Positions 1 through 9,700 of a stretch of 64,000 bases of DNA are shown one piece after another. Origin of the DNA: Gallionellaceae bacterium UBA2239 (GTDB taxonomy: Bacteria > Pseudomonadota > Gammaproteobacteria > Burkholderiales > UBA9220); NCBI GenBank assembly GCA_002347615.1, contig DDYH01000050.1, positions 12,753-76,752 of the forward strand, given 5' to 3'. The notes beneath the pieces were generated by a model. The model saw nothing but the letters and a program-made list of their open reading frames with translations, searched no databases and was not told where the DNA came from. Each line of letters begins with the position of its first letter. The stretch's first letter is position 1. A program made the translations under genes and the position numbers.

Positions 1-762
1 CGCCAGGAGCACAAGCGGGACATGCTCAGCCACCTGATCCGCCACCACGACTGGCGCCAGGTGCTGGTGTTCACCCGCACCAAGCACGGCGCCAACAAGC
101 TGGCGGAAAAGCTGATCAAGGACGGCATTCCCGCCGCCGCCATCCACGGCAACAAGAGCCAATCGGCCCGCACCAAGGCCCTGTCCCAGTTCAAGGACGG
201 CTCCCTGCCGGTGCTGGTGGCCACCGACATCGCCGCCCGCGGCCTGGACATCGACCAGCTGCCCCAGGTGGTGAACTTCGAGTTGCCCAACGTGCCGGAG
301 GACTACGTCCACCGCATCGGCCGCACCGGCCGGGCAGGCAGCAGCGGCGCCGCGGTGTCCCTGGTGGACCACGAGGAGGTCAAGCTGCTGACCGGCATCG
401 AGCGCCTCATCAAGCGCCCCATCGAGCGGGTGGAAGTGCAGGGCTTCGTGCCCCCTCCCCCGTCGGCCAAGCCCGAAACCGATGAGCGGGAGCGCCCCCG
501 CCAGCAGCAGCGCCGCCCGTCCAACGGCGGCGGCCGCAGCGGCCAGCCCCAGGGGCGCAGCAATGGGCAGCCGTCCCGCTCGGGACAGTCGCAACCACCC
601 CGTTCCGGCCAATCGCAGCAGCCGCGCCAGTCCCAGGGCGGCAGCCAGCGCCAGGGGGAGCCCAACGGCAACCGCGCCCAGGGCGAACCCAACGGCAACC
701 GCCGCTCGGACCGCCCCCAGGCTGCCCTGTTCTCCCCGAGATCGGGCAACGGCAGCCGCTGA
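1..762 (+). CDS. rhlE: DEAD-box ATP-dependent RNA helicase, C-terminal part (5' end lies outside the window)
   Basis: In frame from nt 1. Helicase C-domain motifs are [26 protein letters not shown] and [17 protein letters not shown]-rich low-complexity tail follows. Stop TGA at 760-762. Confidence 0.85.
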   Translation, partial: RQEHKRDMLSHLIRHHDWRQVLVFTRTKHGANKLAEKLIKDGIPAAAIHGNKSQSARTKALSQFKDGSLPVLVATDIAARGLDIDQLPQVVNFELPNVPEDYVHRIGRTGRAGSSGAAVSLVDHEEVKLLTGIERLIKRPIERVEVQGFVPPPPSAKPETDERERPRQQQRRPSNGGGRSGQPQGRSNGQPSRSGQSQPPRSGQSQQPRQSQGGSQRQGEPNGNRAQGEPNGNRRSDRPQAALFSPRSGNGSR

Positions 763-1214
763 TGCAGATATGGGTGGACGCCGACGCCTGCCCGGTCGTC
801 ATCAAGGACATCCTGTTCCGCGCCGCGACCCGGGTGGGGGTTCCCCTCACCCTGGTCGCCAACCGGCTGCTCCACGTTCCCCCCTCCCCCCACATCAAGG
901 CGGTCCAGGTTCCCCACGGCTTCGACGTGGCGGACAATCACATCGCCGAGCAGGTGCAGGCCAACGACCTGGTCATCACCGCCGACATCCCCCTGGCCTC
1001 CCAGGTGATCGAGCGCAGCGGCTTTGCCCTCAACCCCCGGGGCGAGTTCTACACCACCGAAAACATCCAGGAACGCCTGGCCATGCGCAACTTCATGGAA
1101 GAACTGCGCAGCGCCGGCACCGCCACTTCCGGCCCCTCCGCCTTTTCCCAGAGCGACCGCCAGGCTTTCGCCAACCAGTTGGACCGCTTCCTGGCCCGCC
1201 ATCACCGCGCCTGA
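762..1214 (+). CDS. YaiI/YqxD-family protein (UPF0178, DUF188)
   Basis: 150-aa ORF starting [22 protein letters not shown], with [11 protein letters not shown] later; both are characteristic of the YaiI family. The ATG overlaps the rhlE stop. Confidence 0.75.
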   Translation: MQIWVDADACPVVIKDILFRAATRVGVPLTLVANRLLHVPPSPHIKAVQVPHGFDVADNHIAEQVQANDLVITADIPLASQVIERSGFALNPRGEFYTTENIQERLAMRNFMEELRSAGTATSGPSAFSQSDRQAFANQLDRFLARHHRA

Positions 1215-1225
1215 CGCGGCTTCCA

Positions 1226-1343
1226 GAGCCTATTTCAGCAGGATTCATACCCCGCGCCAGGGCCATCCCTTGGCAAGCCCTGCAACAACGCAGACGCCCT
1301 TTCTCGCCGCAACGCGGGGCACGAAACCTACTGAAATAGGCTC
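1226..1343. repeat. Structured intergenic element bounded by a perfect 13-bp inverted repeat
   Basis: gagcctatttcag (1226-1238) and ctgaaataggctc (1331-1343) are exact reverse complements. An inner ccccgcg/cgcgggg pair is nested between them. The element directly abuts the ddpX-like remnant. Confidence 0.6.
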
Positions 1344-1348
1344 CCCAC

Positions 1349-1437
1349 GGCTTCAAACCCTATGCCCAGGAGTGGTGGCACTTCACCCTGGACGGCGAGC
1401 CCTTTCCGGAAACCTATTTCGACTTTCCGGTCCTGTA
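1349..1437 (+). pseudogene. 3' remnant of a D-Ala-D-Ala dipeptidase (VanX/DdpX-type) gene
   Basis: Reads GFKPYAQEWWHFTLDGEPFPETYFDFPVL-stop. This matches the conserved C-terminus of VanX/DdpX dipeptidases (EWWHFTL ... TYFDFPV). No upstream catalytic part is present in frame. Confidence 0.6.
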
Positions 1438-1452
1438 AGCGGCACGGGGCTT

Positions 1453-1695
1453 CTAGTCGCCGCCACCATCGCCGCCCCCTCCCGAATCCCCGCCGCCGTC
1501 GCCCCAGTCCCCGCTGGCGCCGGCGCCACCGAACAGCCCGCCGCCGCCAGACCAGCCGCTATCGGTAGAGGATTCCGACGAGCTGGATTCGGAGGTTCCA
1601 TCCCCGCCTCCACGGCGCCGGCGGCGAGAAGACAAGCGGTAGGCCAAATAAATCAGCAGCAGCACGACGGCGACGAAAGCCAGAAACAGGGCCAT
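1453..1695 (-). CDS. Small single-pass membrane protein with a Gly/Ser/Asp-rich tail (hypothetical)
   Basis: The ATG at 1695 is preceded by aggaga. The N-terminus MALFLAFVAVVLLLIYLAY is hydrophobic, followed by RRRRR and then a G/S/D-rich tail. I recognise no family. Confidence 0.45.
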   Translation of the reverse strand: MALFLAFVAVVLLLIYLAYRLSSRRRRRGGGDGTSESSSSESSTDSGWSGGGGLFGGAGASGDWGDGGGDSGGGGDGGGD

Positions 1696-1932
1696 GTTTT
1701 CTCCTGAATTTCCCGGACCCGCTGGGACTCGGCCCCAATATAGTGAATGACGCAACTCTGCTCCAGCACATCATGTTCTCCCTCGGGGGGCGAAGACACG
1801 GTGGCGCCAGCCGTCATTCCCAGCAAAACAAATCAACCACCCAAACCGATTTCATATTAAACTCATTCCAAAATCCGCTGTAACGCGATAAAACAAACTA
1901 GAAATATTCCGGCAAAGGCCCCCAGGAGGAAC

Positions 1933-4900
1933 ATGAAAGTCAACCTGCCCGTCACCCAGCGCGAAGTCGATTACCCCACCTCCCAGACGCTGGTTTCCCG
2001 CACCGACCTCAAAGGCATCATCACCTACGTCAACCAGGATTTCATCGACGTCAGCGGCTTTACCGAGGAAGAGCTGATCGGTTCCTCCCACAACCTGGTG
2101 CGCCACCCGGACATGCCGCCGGAGGCCTTCGCCGACCTGTGGCAGACGCTGAAAAAGGGGCGGCCCTGGACCGGGGTGGTGAAGAACCGCTGCAAGAACG
2201 GCGACCATTACTGGGTGGTGGCCAACGTCACGCCGATCAGGGAAAACGGCCAGGTGACGGGCTTCATGTCGGTGCGGGCCAAGCCCAGCCGGGAGCAGGT
2301 GGCGGCGGCGGAACACATCTATCGCCAGCTGCGGGACAAGCAGCTCTCCCCGGCCAAGGTGTTCCGCAAGCCCGGGCTGTTCAACCGGCTCTCCCTGAAG
2401 GCCAAGCTCTCCGTCACCATCGGCATCCTCTCCCTGCTGCTCCTGGCCATCGGCTTTGCCGGCCTGAGCGGCATGCACGCCTCCAATCTGTCCCTCCAGT
2501 CGGTCTACAACGACCGCCTCGTCCCCACCGGCCAACTGGCCCGCATCAACGACCTGATGCGGGACAACATCCAGCACCTGCACCGGGCAACCGGCGACGG
2601 AGCCGCCGCCATCCAGGCCGTCCGCGGCAACATCGACACCATCAGCCAGACCTGGGACGCCTATCTCGCCACCTACCTCACCCCCGAGGAAAAGCAGCTC
2701 GCCGCCCAATTCGCCGCTTCCCGCGGCCGCTTCGTGCAGGAAGGCCTCAAACCCGCCATGGACCTGTACGCCGGAGGCAAGCCCGAGGAAGCCGAAGCCT
2801 TCCTCGGCCAGACCGTCTACCCCCTGTTCAACGCCGCCAAGAAAGACGCCGAATCCCTGCTGCAACTCCAGCTGGACGTGGCGAAGCAGGAATACGAAGC
2901 CGCCGAGGCCCACTATCAGCAACTGCGCCTGATCGCCTTCGGCGGCATCGCCGCCGGCATCCTGCTGGCGGCGATGCTGGGTTTCCTCATGCTCCGCTCC
3001 ATCCTGCGCCCCCTCCAGGCGGCCATCGGCCACTTCGAACGGATTGCCGAAGGCGATTACCGCAGCCCCATCCAGGTCGGCCAGGAAGACGAACTGGGCA
3101 AAGTGCTCTACGCCCTGAAATCCATGCAGATCAAACTGGGTTTCGACGTCAACGAATCCAAGCGGGTGGCCAACGAAGCCCTGCGCATCCAGGCGGCCCT
3201 GGACTCGGCCTCCACCAACGTGATGATCGGCGACAATAATGGCCGCATCATCTACATGAACCAGGCCATCGATGGCATGTTCCAGTCCGCGGAAGCGGAC
3301 ATCCGCCGGGACCTGCCGGATTTCCGCGCCGATGCCCTGATGGGAGCCAACTTCGACGCCTTCCACCAGAACCCGGCCCACCAGCGGGGGCTGCTGCAGT
3401 CCCTCACCGGCACCCACCGCGCCACCGTCCTGATTGGCGGCCGCACCTTCCGCCTCACCGCCAACCCGGTGGTGAACGGGGAAGGCCGCCGCCTGGGCAC
3501 CTCGGTGGAATGGCTCGACGCCACCCAGGAAGTGGCGATCGAGAACGAGGTCAAGGCCATCGTCCACGCCGCGGCGGAAGGCGACTTCAGCCGCCGCCTC
3601 GCCCTGGAGGGCAAGGAAGGCTTCATGAAAGAGCTTTCCGGCAATATCAACCGCCTGCTGGAAACCAGCGACGCCGGCCTCAACGAGGTGCTGCGGGTGC
3701 TGGAAGCCATTTCCCGGGGCGACCTGAGCCAGAAGATCACCAACGACTACCGGGGCAGCTTCGGCCAGCTCAAGGACTACAGCAACACCACGGTGGACGT
3801 GCTGACCCGCATCGTCAGCCAGCTGGAGCACGTGGTGGCCGAAGCCAACCGGGGCAACTTCAAGGTGAGCATCGACGCCGACGGCATGGCCGGCTTCCAG
3901 AAGGACATCGCCGACGGCATCAACACCCTGATGAAGACCAGCGACGTGGGTCTGGGGGAAGTGCTGCGGGTGCTGGGTGCCCTGGCCCAGGGCGACCTGA
4001 CGGAGACCATCAGCGGCGACTACCAGGGCACTTTCGGCCAGTTGAAGGACTACTCCAACACCACGGTGGAAAGCCTCAAGGACCTGGTGGGCCGGATCAA
4101 GGAAGCGGTGGACGCCATCCACACCGCCTCGGGGGAAATCGCCGCCGGCAACCAGGACCTGTCCCAGCGCACCGAAGAGCAGGCCAGCTCCCTGGAGGAA
4201 ACCGCGAGCAGCATGGAAGAGCTTACCTCCACCGTGAAGCACAACGCCGACAACGCCCAGCAGGCAAGCAAGCTGGCGGTTTCCGCCTCCGGCATCGCCT
4301 CCACCGGGGGCGAGGTGGTGCGGACTTCGGTGGTAACCATGGCGGAAATCAGCGACTCGTCCAAAAAGATCGCCGACATCATCGGCGTCATCGACGGCAT
4401 CGCCTTCCAGACCAACATCCTGGCGCTGAATGCCGCCGTGGAAGCGGCCCGGGCGGGGGAACAGGGCCGGGGCTTCGCCGTGGTGGCGGGAGAGGTGCGT
4501 AACCTGGCCCAGCGCTCCGCCAGCGCCGCCAAGGAGATAAAGGAACTCATCACCGACAGCGTGGCCAAGGTGGACAGCGGCACCGCCCAGGTCAACCAGG
4601 CCGGACACACCATGGAAGACATCGTACGCTCGGTGAAGCAGGTCACCGACATCATGGGGGAAATTTCCGCCGCCTCGTCGGAGCAGTCGGCGGGCATCGA
4701 ACAGGTGAATCAGGCCATCACCCAGATGGACGAGATCACCCAGCAGAACGCCGCCCTGGTGGAACAGGCGGCGGCGGCCGCCGAATCCATGCAGGAACAG
4801 GCGGAGCAGCTGGCCCGTGCGGTGGCCGTGTTCAAGCTGGACCGCGCCTCCGCCGTCGCCGTGCCGAAAATATCCGCGGCCAGAAAGCGGCTCCATGTGG

Positions 4901-4938
4901 TGGGCGGCAGCGACGAGGAGGAGTGGGAGGCGTTCTAG
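1933..4938 (+). CDS. Methyl-accepting chemotaxis protein (N-terminal PAS, TM/4HB-like region, second PAS, repeated HAMP-like modules, MCP signalling domain)
   Basis: Aer-like PAS ([33 protein letters not shown]). Duplicated HAMP-like segments carry [12 protein letters not shown]. The signalling hairpin is [37 protein letters not shown]. The C-terminal EWEAF resembles the xWxxF CheR/CheB tethering pentapeptide. Confidence 0.9.
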   Translation: MKVNLPVTQREVDYPTSQTLVSRTDLKGIITYVNQDFIDVSGFTEEELIGSSHNLVRHPDMPPEAFADLWQTLKKGRPWTGVVKNRCKNGDHYWVVANVTPIRENGQVTGFMSVRAKPSREQVAAAEHIYRQLRDKQLSPAKVFRKPGLFNRLSLKAKLSVTIGILSLLLLAIGFAGLSGMHASNLSLQSVYNDRLVPTGQLARINDLMRDNIQHLHRATGDGAAAIQAVRGNIDTISQTWDAYLATYLTPEEKQLAAQFAASRGRFVQEGLKPAMDLYAGGKPEEAEAFLGQTVYPLFNAAKKDAESLLQLQLDVAKQEYEAAEAHYQQLRLIAFGGIAAGILLAAMLGFLMLRSILRPLQAAIGHFERIAEGDYRSPIQVGQEDELGKVLYALKSMQIKLGFDVNESKRVANEALRIQAALDSASTNVMIGDNNGRIIYMNQAIDGMFQSAEADIRRDLPDFRADALMGANFDAFHQNPAHQRGLLQSLTGTHRATVLIGGRTFRLTANPVVNGEGRRLGTSVEWLDATQEVAIENEVKAIVHAAAEGDFSRRLALEGKEGFMKELSGNINRLLETSDAGLNEVLRVLEAISRGDLSQKITNDYRGSFGQLKDYSNTTVDVLTRIVSQLEHVVAEANRGNFKVSIDADGMAGFQKDIADGINTLMKTSDVGLGEVLRVLGALAQGDLTETISGDYQGTFGQLKDYSNTTVESLKDLVGRIKEAVDAIHTASGEIAAGNQDLSQRTEEQASSLEETASSMEELTSTVKHNADNAQQASKLAVSASGIASTGGEVVRTSVVTMAEISDSSKKIADIIGVIDGIAFQTNILALNAAVEAARAGEQGRGFAVVAGEVRNLAQRSASAAKEIKELITDSVAKVDSGTAQVNQAGHTMEDIVRSVKQVTDIMGEISAASSEQSAGIEQVNQAITQMDEITQQNAALVEQAAAAAESMQEQAEQLARAVAVFKLDRASAVAVPKISAARKRLHVVGGSDEEEWEAF
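4667..4936 (+). repeat. Direct repeat copy 1 (3' end of the MCP gene); left boundary of the island
   Basis: Matches 23145-23414 at a constant offset of 18478 nt. I could spot about 7 mismatches. Confidence 0.9.
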
Positions 4939-4971
4939 CCCCTATCAAATACCGTACGCCAGCACAGACGA

Positions 4972-5023
4972 CTCGCCTGCATCGGACCGTCAAGCCCGCT
5001 TTACGGCGGGCAATGCAGGCGAG
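4972..5023. repeat. REP-like hairpin (ctcgcctgcat ... atgcaggcgag)
   Basis: An 11-nt inverted repeat at 4972-4982 and 5013-5023. The same arms recur at 6628-6638 and 6710-6720. Confidence 0.7.
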
Positions 5024-5132
5024 GTACAAATGGCAACATTCCCCCGCGGCGCCTCCTCCCCCCTCACCATGGGGCCGTCCCTACGGACTGTGCATGGAGG
5101 AAATGATGGAGGATAGGGATGAGCCACCACCC

Positions 5133-6509
5133 CTACCGCTCCCTCCCCGCCTCATGAAACGCCTTCCGCACCGGCGACAGCAGATATTCCAGAATGGTGC
5201 GGTCGGCCAGCTTGATCTCCGCGCTCACCGCCATGCCGGGAGACATGCGGAAGCGCTCGTGGTCCGCCTCCAGTTCCTGGCGCTTCAAGCTCACCACCGA
5301 ACGGTAGTACAGCATGCCTGCGCCTTTGGATGGGTCGGGCGGCGCGGTGTTGCCGTTGGCTTCCCCTTGCCGGTCGCTGGCGTCGGCGCTGACGAAGCTC
5401 ACCGTCCCATCCGCCATGCCATACTTTTGGAATGGGTAGGCGGCGAGCTTGACCTTCACCTCCTGCCCCTCATGGACAAAGCCCACGTCCTCGTTGGACA
5501 GCCACACTTCCGCCTGGAGGGCTTCGTTGGCGGGCACCAGGGTGAGCAGCACGGTGCCGGGGGAGACCACGGTGCCCGGGGTGCGGGTGGCGAGGTCTTT
5601 GACGAAGCCGTCCTGGGTGGCCTTGAGTTCCATCAGTTCGTTGCGATGCTGCTGCTTGGCCCACGCCTGTCTAAGCTTCTCGTACTCGGTCATGGCATCC
5701 ACCCGCTCCTTCTGCAATTGCTGGCGGTAGGAGGAGGTGATCTGGGCAAGCTTGCGCTCCGATTGGGCGATGGTGCTCTTCAGCCCTTCTATGGTGTGGG
5801 TCTGGGAGCGCAGGTCCTGTTCCTTCTCGATGCGGTCGCGCTTTTTCTCCAGCACCATGAGATTGCCGGCGAAGCCCTTGGTGCCGAGCTTCTCGAAGGC
5901 CTGTTCCTGGGCCTGGTAGACCGGCAACACCTGCTTCAGCTTGGACTCGATCTCCCGGGCGGCGGCCAGGTCCTGGCGGGCCTTGTCGAGAACCGCCCGT
6001 TCCTGGGACAGGGCGTCCTCGTAGGCGCGGCGATTGGCCTGGTACTGGCCTTCCACTTCCCGGAACAGGTCGATGGGGTCGTCCCCGGCCCGGACCAGGG
6101 CAATGTCGTCCAGCTCGGCATCGATGCGCCGCAGTTGCAGGGATTTCTGCTTCAGTTCGGCGAACAGGGCACGGGTGTCGGCCTCCGACAGACGGGTGTC
6201 CATGCGCATCAGCACCTGCCCGGCTTTGACGAACTGGTTGTCCTTCACCAGTATCTCCCGCACCATGCCCTGCTCCGAGGGCTGGATGATCTTGAGATAA
6301 GACAGGGGCACCAACTTGCCCTCCGCCACCGCCACCACGTCCACCCGCCCTAAGGTGGCCCACAGGAGCAGGAAGCCCAGCAGCGCCAGCACCGCCTTCA
6401 GCAGCTTCCGAGGAAGCGGATGGGGCGGGCTGTGCTGAAGCTTGAGGAGGCCGGGGGCGAAGTCCAGGGCCTCCACGTCGTGGTGGGTGACGAGCTTTTC
6501 TACATCCAT
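5133..6509 (-). CDS. HlyD-family type I secretion membrane fusion protein
   Basis: The ATG at 6509 is preceded by aggagg. It has one N-terminal TM helix (LLKAVLALLGFLLLWATL), a long coiled-coil region, and a C-terminal ADRTILEYLLSPV motif typical of HlyD proteins. Confidence 0.85.
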   Translation of the reverse strand: MDVEKLVTHHDVEALDFAPGLLKLQHSPPHPLPRKLLKAVLALLGFLLLWATLGRVDVVAVAEGKLVPLSYLKIIQPSEQGMVREILVKDNQFVKAGQVLMRMDTRLSEADTRALFAELKQKSLQLRRIDAELDDIALVRAGDDPIDLFREVEGQYQANRRAYEDALSQERAVLDKARQDLAAAREIESKLKQVLPVYQAQEQAFEKLGTKGFAGNLMVLEKKRDRIEKEQDLRSQTHTIEGLKSTIAQSERKLAQITSSYRQQLQKERVDAMTEYEKLRQAWAKQQHRNELMELKATQDGFVKDLATRTPGTVVSPGTVLLTLVPANEALQAEVWLSNEDVGFVHEGQEVKVKLAAYPFQKYGMADGTVSFVSADASDRQGEANGNTAPPDPSKGAGMLYYRSVVSLKRQELEADHERFRMSPGMAVSAEIKLADRTILEYLLSPVRKAFHEAGRER

Positions 6510-6545
6510 GGAACTGCCTCCTAAAGAAACTACGAGCAGCAGTAG

Positions 6546-6733
6546 GTCGGGCACATGTGCCCGACATCCCGTCAGCAGTGTTGGGCATGTATGCCCAACC
6601 TACATTTACTGCCGTAGCGCAGGCGACCTCGCCTGCATCGGGCCGCAGGCCCGCCTTTGCGAGTTATGCGGCAAGCCGCCCATCCCTGCCAACCCCGCTT
6701 CGGCGGGCAATGCAGGCGAGTCGCCTGCGCTAC
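6546..6733. repeat. Cluster of REP-like palindromes between the HlyD gene and the RTX gene
   Basis: gtcgggcacatgtgcccgac (6546-6565) and gttgggcatgtatgcccaac (6580-6599). A nested hairpin follows, with outer arms gtagcgcaggcga/tcgcctgcgctac (6614-6626 / 6721-6733) and inner arms as at 4972-5023. Confidence 0.75.
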
Positions 6734-6775
6734 GAACGGAACGAGGATTGCCCGTTGCGCTTACGATTACGGGAA

Positions 6776-9700
6776 TCACCATCCCAAGTGGGTGAAACCT
6801 TCACGCAGGCCGGTGAAGGACTGCATGCCCCCTTTGCCGCCAGCATTGGAAGGGATGGAACCATGCCCTTTTTCGGCCCCCTTGCCACCCGAGCCCAACC
6901 CATTCGCAGCCTCGGAGAAGTGGCTATGGCCCGAAGGTGCCCCCAAATCGCCGTCGAAGGCGGCGAAGTGGGCATCCAGACGGGAATGCATCCTTCCCCA
7001 CTGGGCCTGGTAAGAACGGCCGTCTTCGTCGTCGCCCAGGCCGCGAAGCTGCTTGCCGCCTTTGGTGATGTCGTCGAAGTCGCTCAGGCGGACGGTCTGG
7101 TAACGCCCGCTTTGGTCGAACCAGCGGTGGAGCAGGCCGTCAATGCGCTCTTGCACCTTGTCCTTGTCGTTCCGCTTGCCGTAGTGGTCATGGTCCCGAT
7201 CTTCGTGGCGGTCGTGGTGATTATCATGGCCGTGGCCATGACCGGAACCGTGATGTCCCGGCCAGTTACCGGAACCGCCATCATGGCCGCAGTGGTGGCC
7301 GTTGTCTTCGCCGCCCTTACCCTTTTCAAGGGTAAGCCGGAAAACGTCCGAAGCCGATGCCTGGGAGTCATCCGTGGCGGTCACCTGAACGTCGAGAGTG
7401 CCGGAGGCGTTGGCCGGAGCAGTGCCGCTGAAGGTCTGGGTAGCGGCATCGAAAACCAGCCAACTCGGCAGGGCGGAGCCATCCGCCAGGGTGGCGCTGT
7501 AGGCCAGCGCATCGCCCTGATCGACGTCGGTAAAGCTCCCCGCTGGAACCTGCCAGGTGAAGGCCGCTTTGGTCTGGGCAGTCTGGTCAGCGAGGGGCGC
7601 AACCAAGATGGGAGCGTCGTTGACGTTGGCCACCGCGAGGTCGAAGGTGTCAGAAGCGCTGGCACCACTGCCGTCGGTGGCGGTAACGGTCAAACCCAAG
7701 GAGCCGACATCCCCGTTGGCCGGTGTGCCCGTAAGAGTACGGGTAATAGGGTCGAAGGTCAGCCAGTCGGGCAACGGCAGGCCGTCGGCCAGGGTGACGC
7801 CGAACTGGAGCGTATCGCCAAGGTCCACGTCGGCGAAGGCGCTGTCCGGCAGGGCATAGCTGAAAGGCGCGTCTTCAGTCGCCGTCTGGTCGGGAATCGG
7901 TTCCGCAACCAGGGGCGCATCGTTGACGTTGGCGACGCCGAGAGCGAACACCTGGGAGGCGGATGCCCCGGCGAGGTCGGTGGCGGTTACCTTGATATTC
8001 AAGGTGCCCACGTCGCCGTTTGCCGGCATGCCGGCAAAGGTGCGAGTGGCCCCGTCGAAACTGAGCCAAGCCGGCAGGGGATCGCCATTTTCCAGGGTGG
8101 CGGCGTAACTCAGGGCGTCGCCGACGTCCATATCCGCAAAGGCGCTTTCCGGCAAGGTGTAGGCAAAGGCGGCGTCTTCGCTAGCAGTCTGCGAGGCAAG
8201 GGGCTCCACCGCATAGGGGGCGTCGTTGACGTTGAGGACGTCGAGGGCAAACACCTGGGAGGCCGAAGCGCCGGCCGCGTCGATGGCGGTCACCATGAGT
8301 TGCAGGCTACCCACGTCTTCGTTGGCCGGAATCCCGCTCAGTGTGCGAGTGGCGGCATCGAAGGCGAGCCAGGCCGGCAGAGGTGTGCCGTCAGCCAAGG
8401 TAAGGCCGAAACTAAGGCTGTCGCCCTGGTCGATGTCGGCAAAGGCATCCGCCGGCAGGGTGAAGCTGAACAGCGCGTCTTCCGGCGCCGCCTGCTGGCC
8501 CACCGGAACGGCGGCGACCGGGGCGTCGTTGACATTGGCGACGCCGAGGGCAAACGCCGCTACCGTGCTCGCCCCTGCCAAATCGGTGGCCGTGACGGCC
8601 ACGCCGATATTTCCCACGTCGCCGTTGGCGGGGGTGCCGGCGAAGGTCAGCGTAGCCGGATCGAAGGTCAGCCAGGCCGGCAAGGGCGTACCATCGGCCA
8701 AGGCGGCGCTGTAGGAGAGCGTTTCGCCTGCATCAATGTCGGCGAAAGTTCCCGTCGGCACAGTGAAGACAAAGGACAAGTCTTCGGTGGCTGCTTGGTT
8801 GTCGATGGGGGTCACCGTGGCGGGAGCGTCGTTGACGTTGACCACCGTGAGGTCGAACAACTGCGTCGCCGCCATGCCCGCCCCATCGGTGGCAATGACC
8901 TGGACACCCCAAACGCCTACGTCGCCATTCGCCGGCGTGCCGGCGAAGGTACGGTTGACGGCATCGAAGCTGAGCCATGACGGCAGCGGATCACCGTTTT
9001 GGAGGGTGGCCGCAAAGCTAAGCGTATCGCCGGCATCGACGTCGGAAAAGGCGCCGTCGGGCAGCGCGTAGGTGAAAGGCGCATCCTCGGCAGCCGTTTG
9101 TGCGTCAATCGGAATGGCCGCAACAGGGGCATCGTTGACGTTGGCAACGGCCAGGTCGAAGGTGTCGGAAACCGCTTCCCCCGCCGGGTCGATGGCGGTC
9201 ACCGTCACGCTCAGGGTGCCCACGTCGCCGTCGCCCGGCGTGCCGCTGAAGGTGCCGGTGGAGGAGTCAAAAGCCAGCCAGCCGGGCAGCGGCGAGCCAT
9301 CAACAAGCGTGGCGGTGTAGCTCAGCACGTCGCCGGCGTCCGGGTCGATGAAGGTGCCGGCAGGAATCTGGTAGAGGAAGGCCGCATCCTCGTCCGCCGA
9401 CACATCCGGCAAGGCGCCCACCAGTTCCGGCGCACGGTTCAGGAAGTCGGTGATAGACACCTCGCTACCATCGGCAAAGCCCACCGTCGCAGTCACCAAT
9501 GAACCGGTAGCGCCCGTGGGGTCGAATCCTTCCAGGACCACGGCGTCGCCGGTGCTGCCGACTTGAAGGGTGAGCTTGCCGCTTTCCAGAACCGGCGTAA
9601 GGTCGGCCAGGGTAATCCCAGCGCCGAACTGGATGCGATTGCCGCCGGAGGCGTCAGCAATGTCGCGGATAATGTCGATGCCGTCACCCAGGTTGAAGAG

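Noticed and set aside
540-740. Short tandem repeats in the rhlE 3' end (PRSGQSQ..., [16 protein letters not shown]).
   Set aside because: This is the ordinary low-complexity C-terminal tail of RhlE-type helicases and not a separate feature.
482-1339. A 285-aa ORF and other frames overlapping the rhlE tail and the YaiI gene.
   Set aside because: They are out-of-frame readings of the Q/G/S/P/R-rich helicase tail and the DUF188 gene. The composition is Pro/Arg/Ala-rich with no motifs.
1852-4896. A 1014-aa ORF antisense to the PAS-MCP gene. Similar giant antisense or overlapping ORFs occur at 6557-8980, 24006-26642, 30263-34984, 38697-40250, 40984-43602, 44945-47419, 49948-51684 and 54153-55772.
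   Set aside because: They are typical high-GC artefacts. Their translations are G/A/R/H/P/V-rich low-complexity sequence with no recognisable motifs. Each is fully overlapped by an opposite-strand or other-frame gene with strong family signatures.
7330-9440. A regular ~300-nt periodicity that could be mistaken for a CRISPR-like or satellite array.
   Set aside because: The period is far too long for CRISPR and there is no repeat/spacer alternation. The units are in-frame protein domain repeats of the RTX gene.
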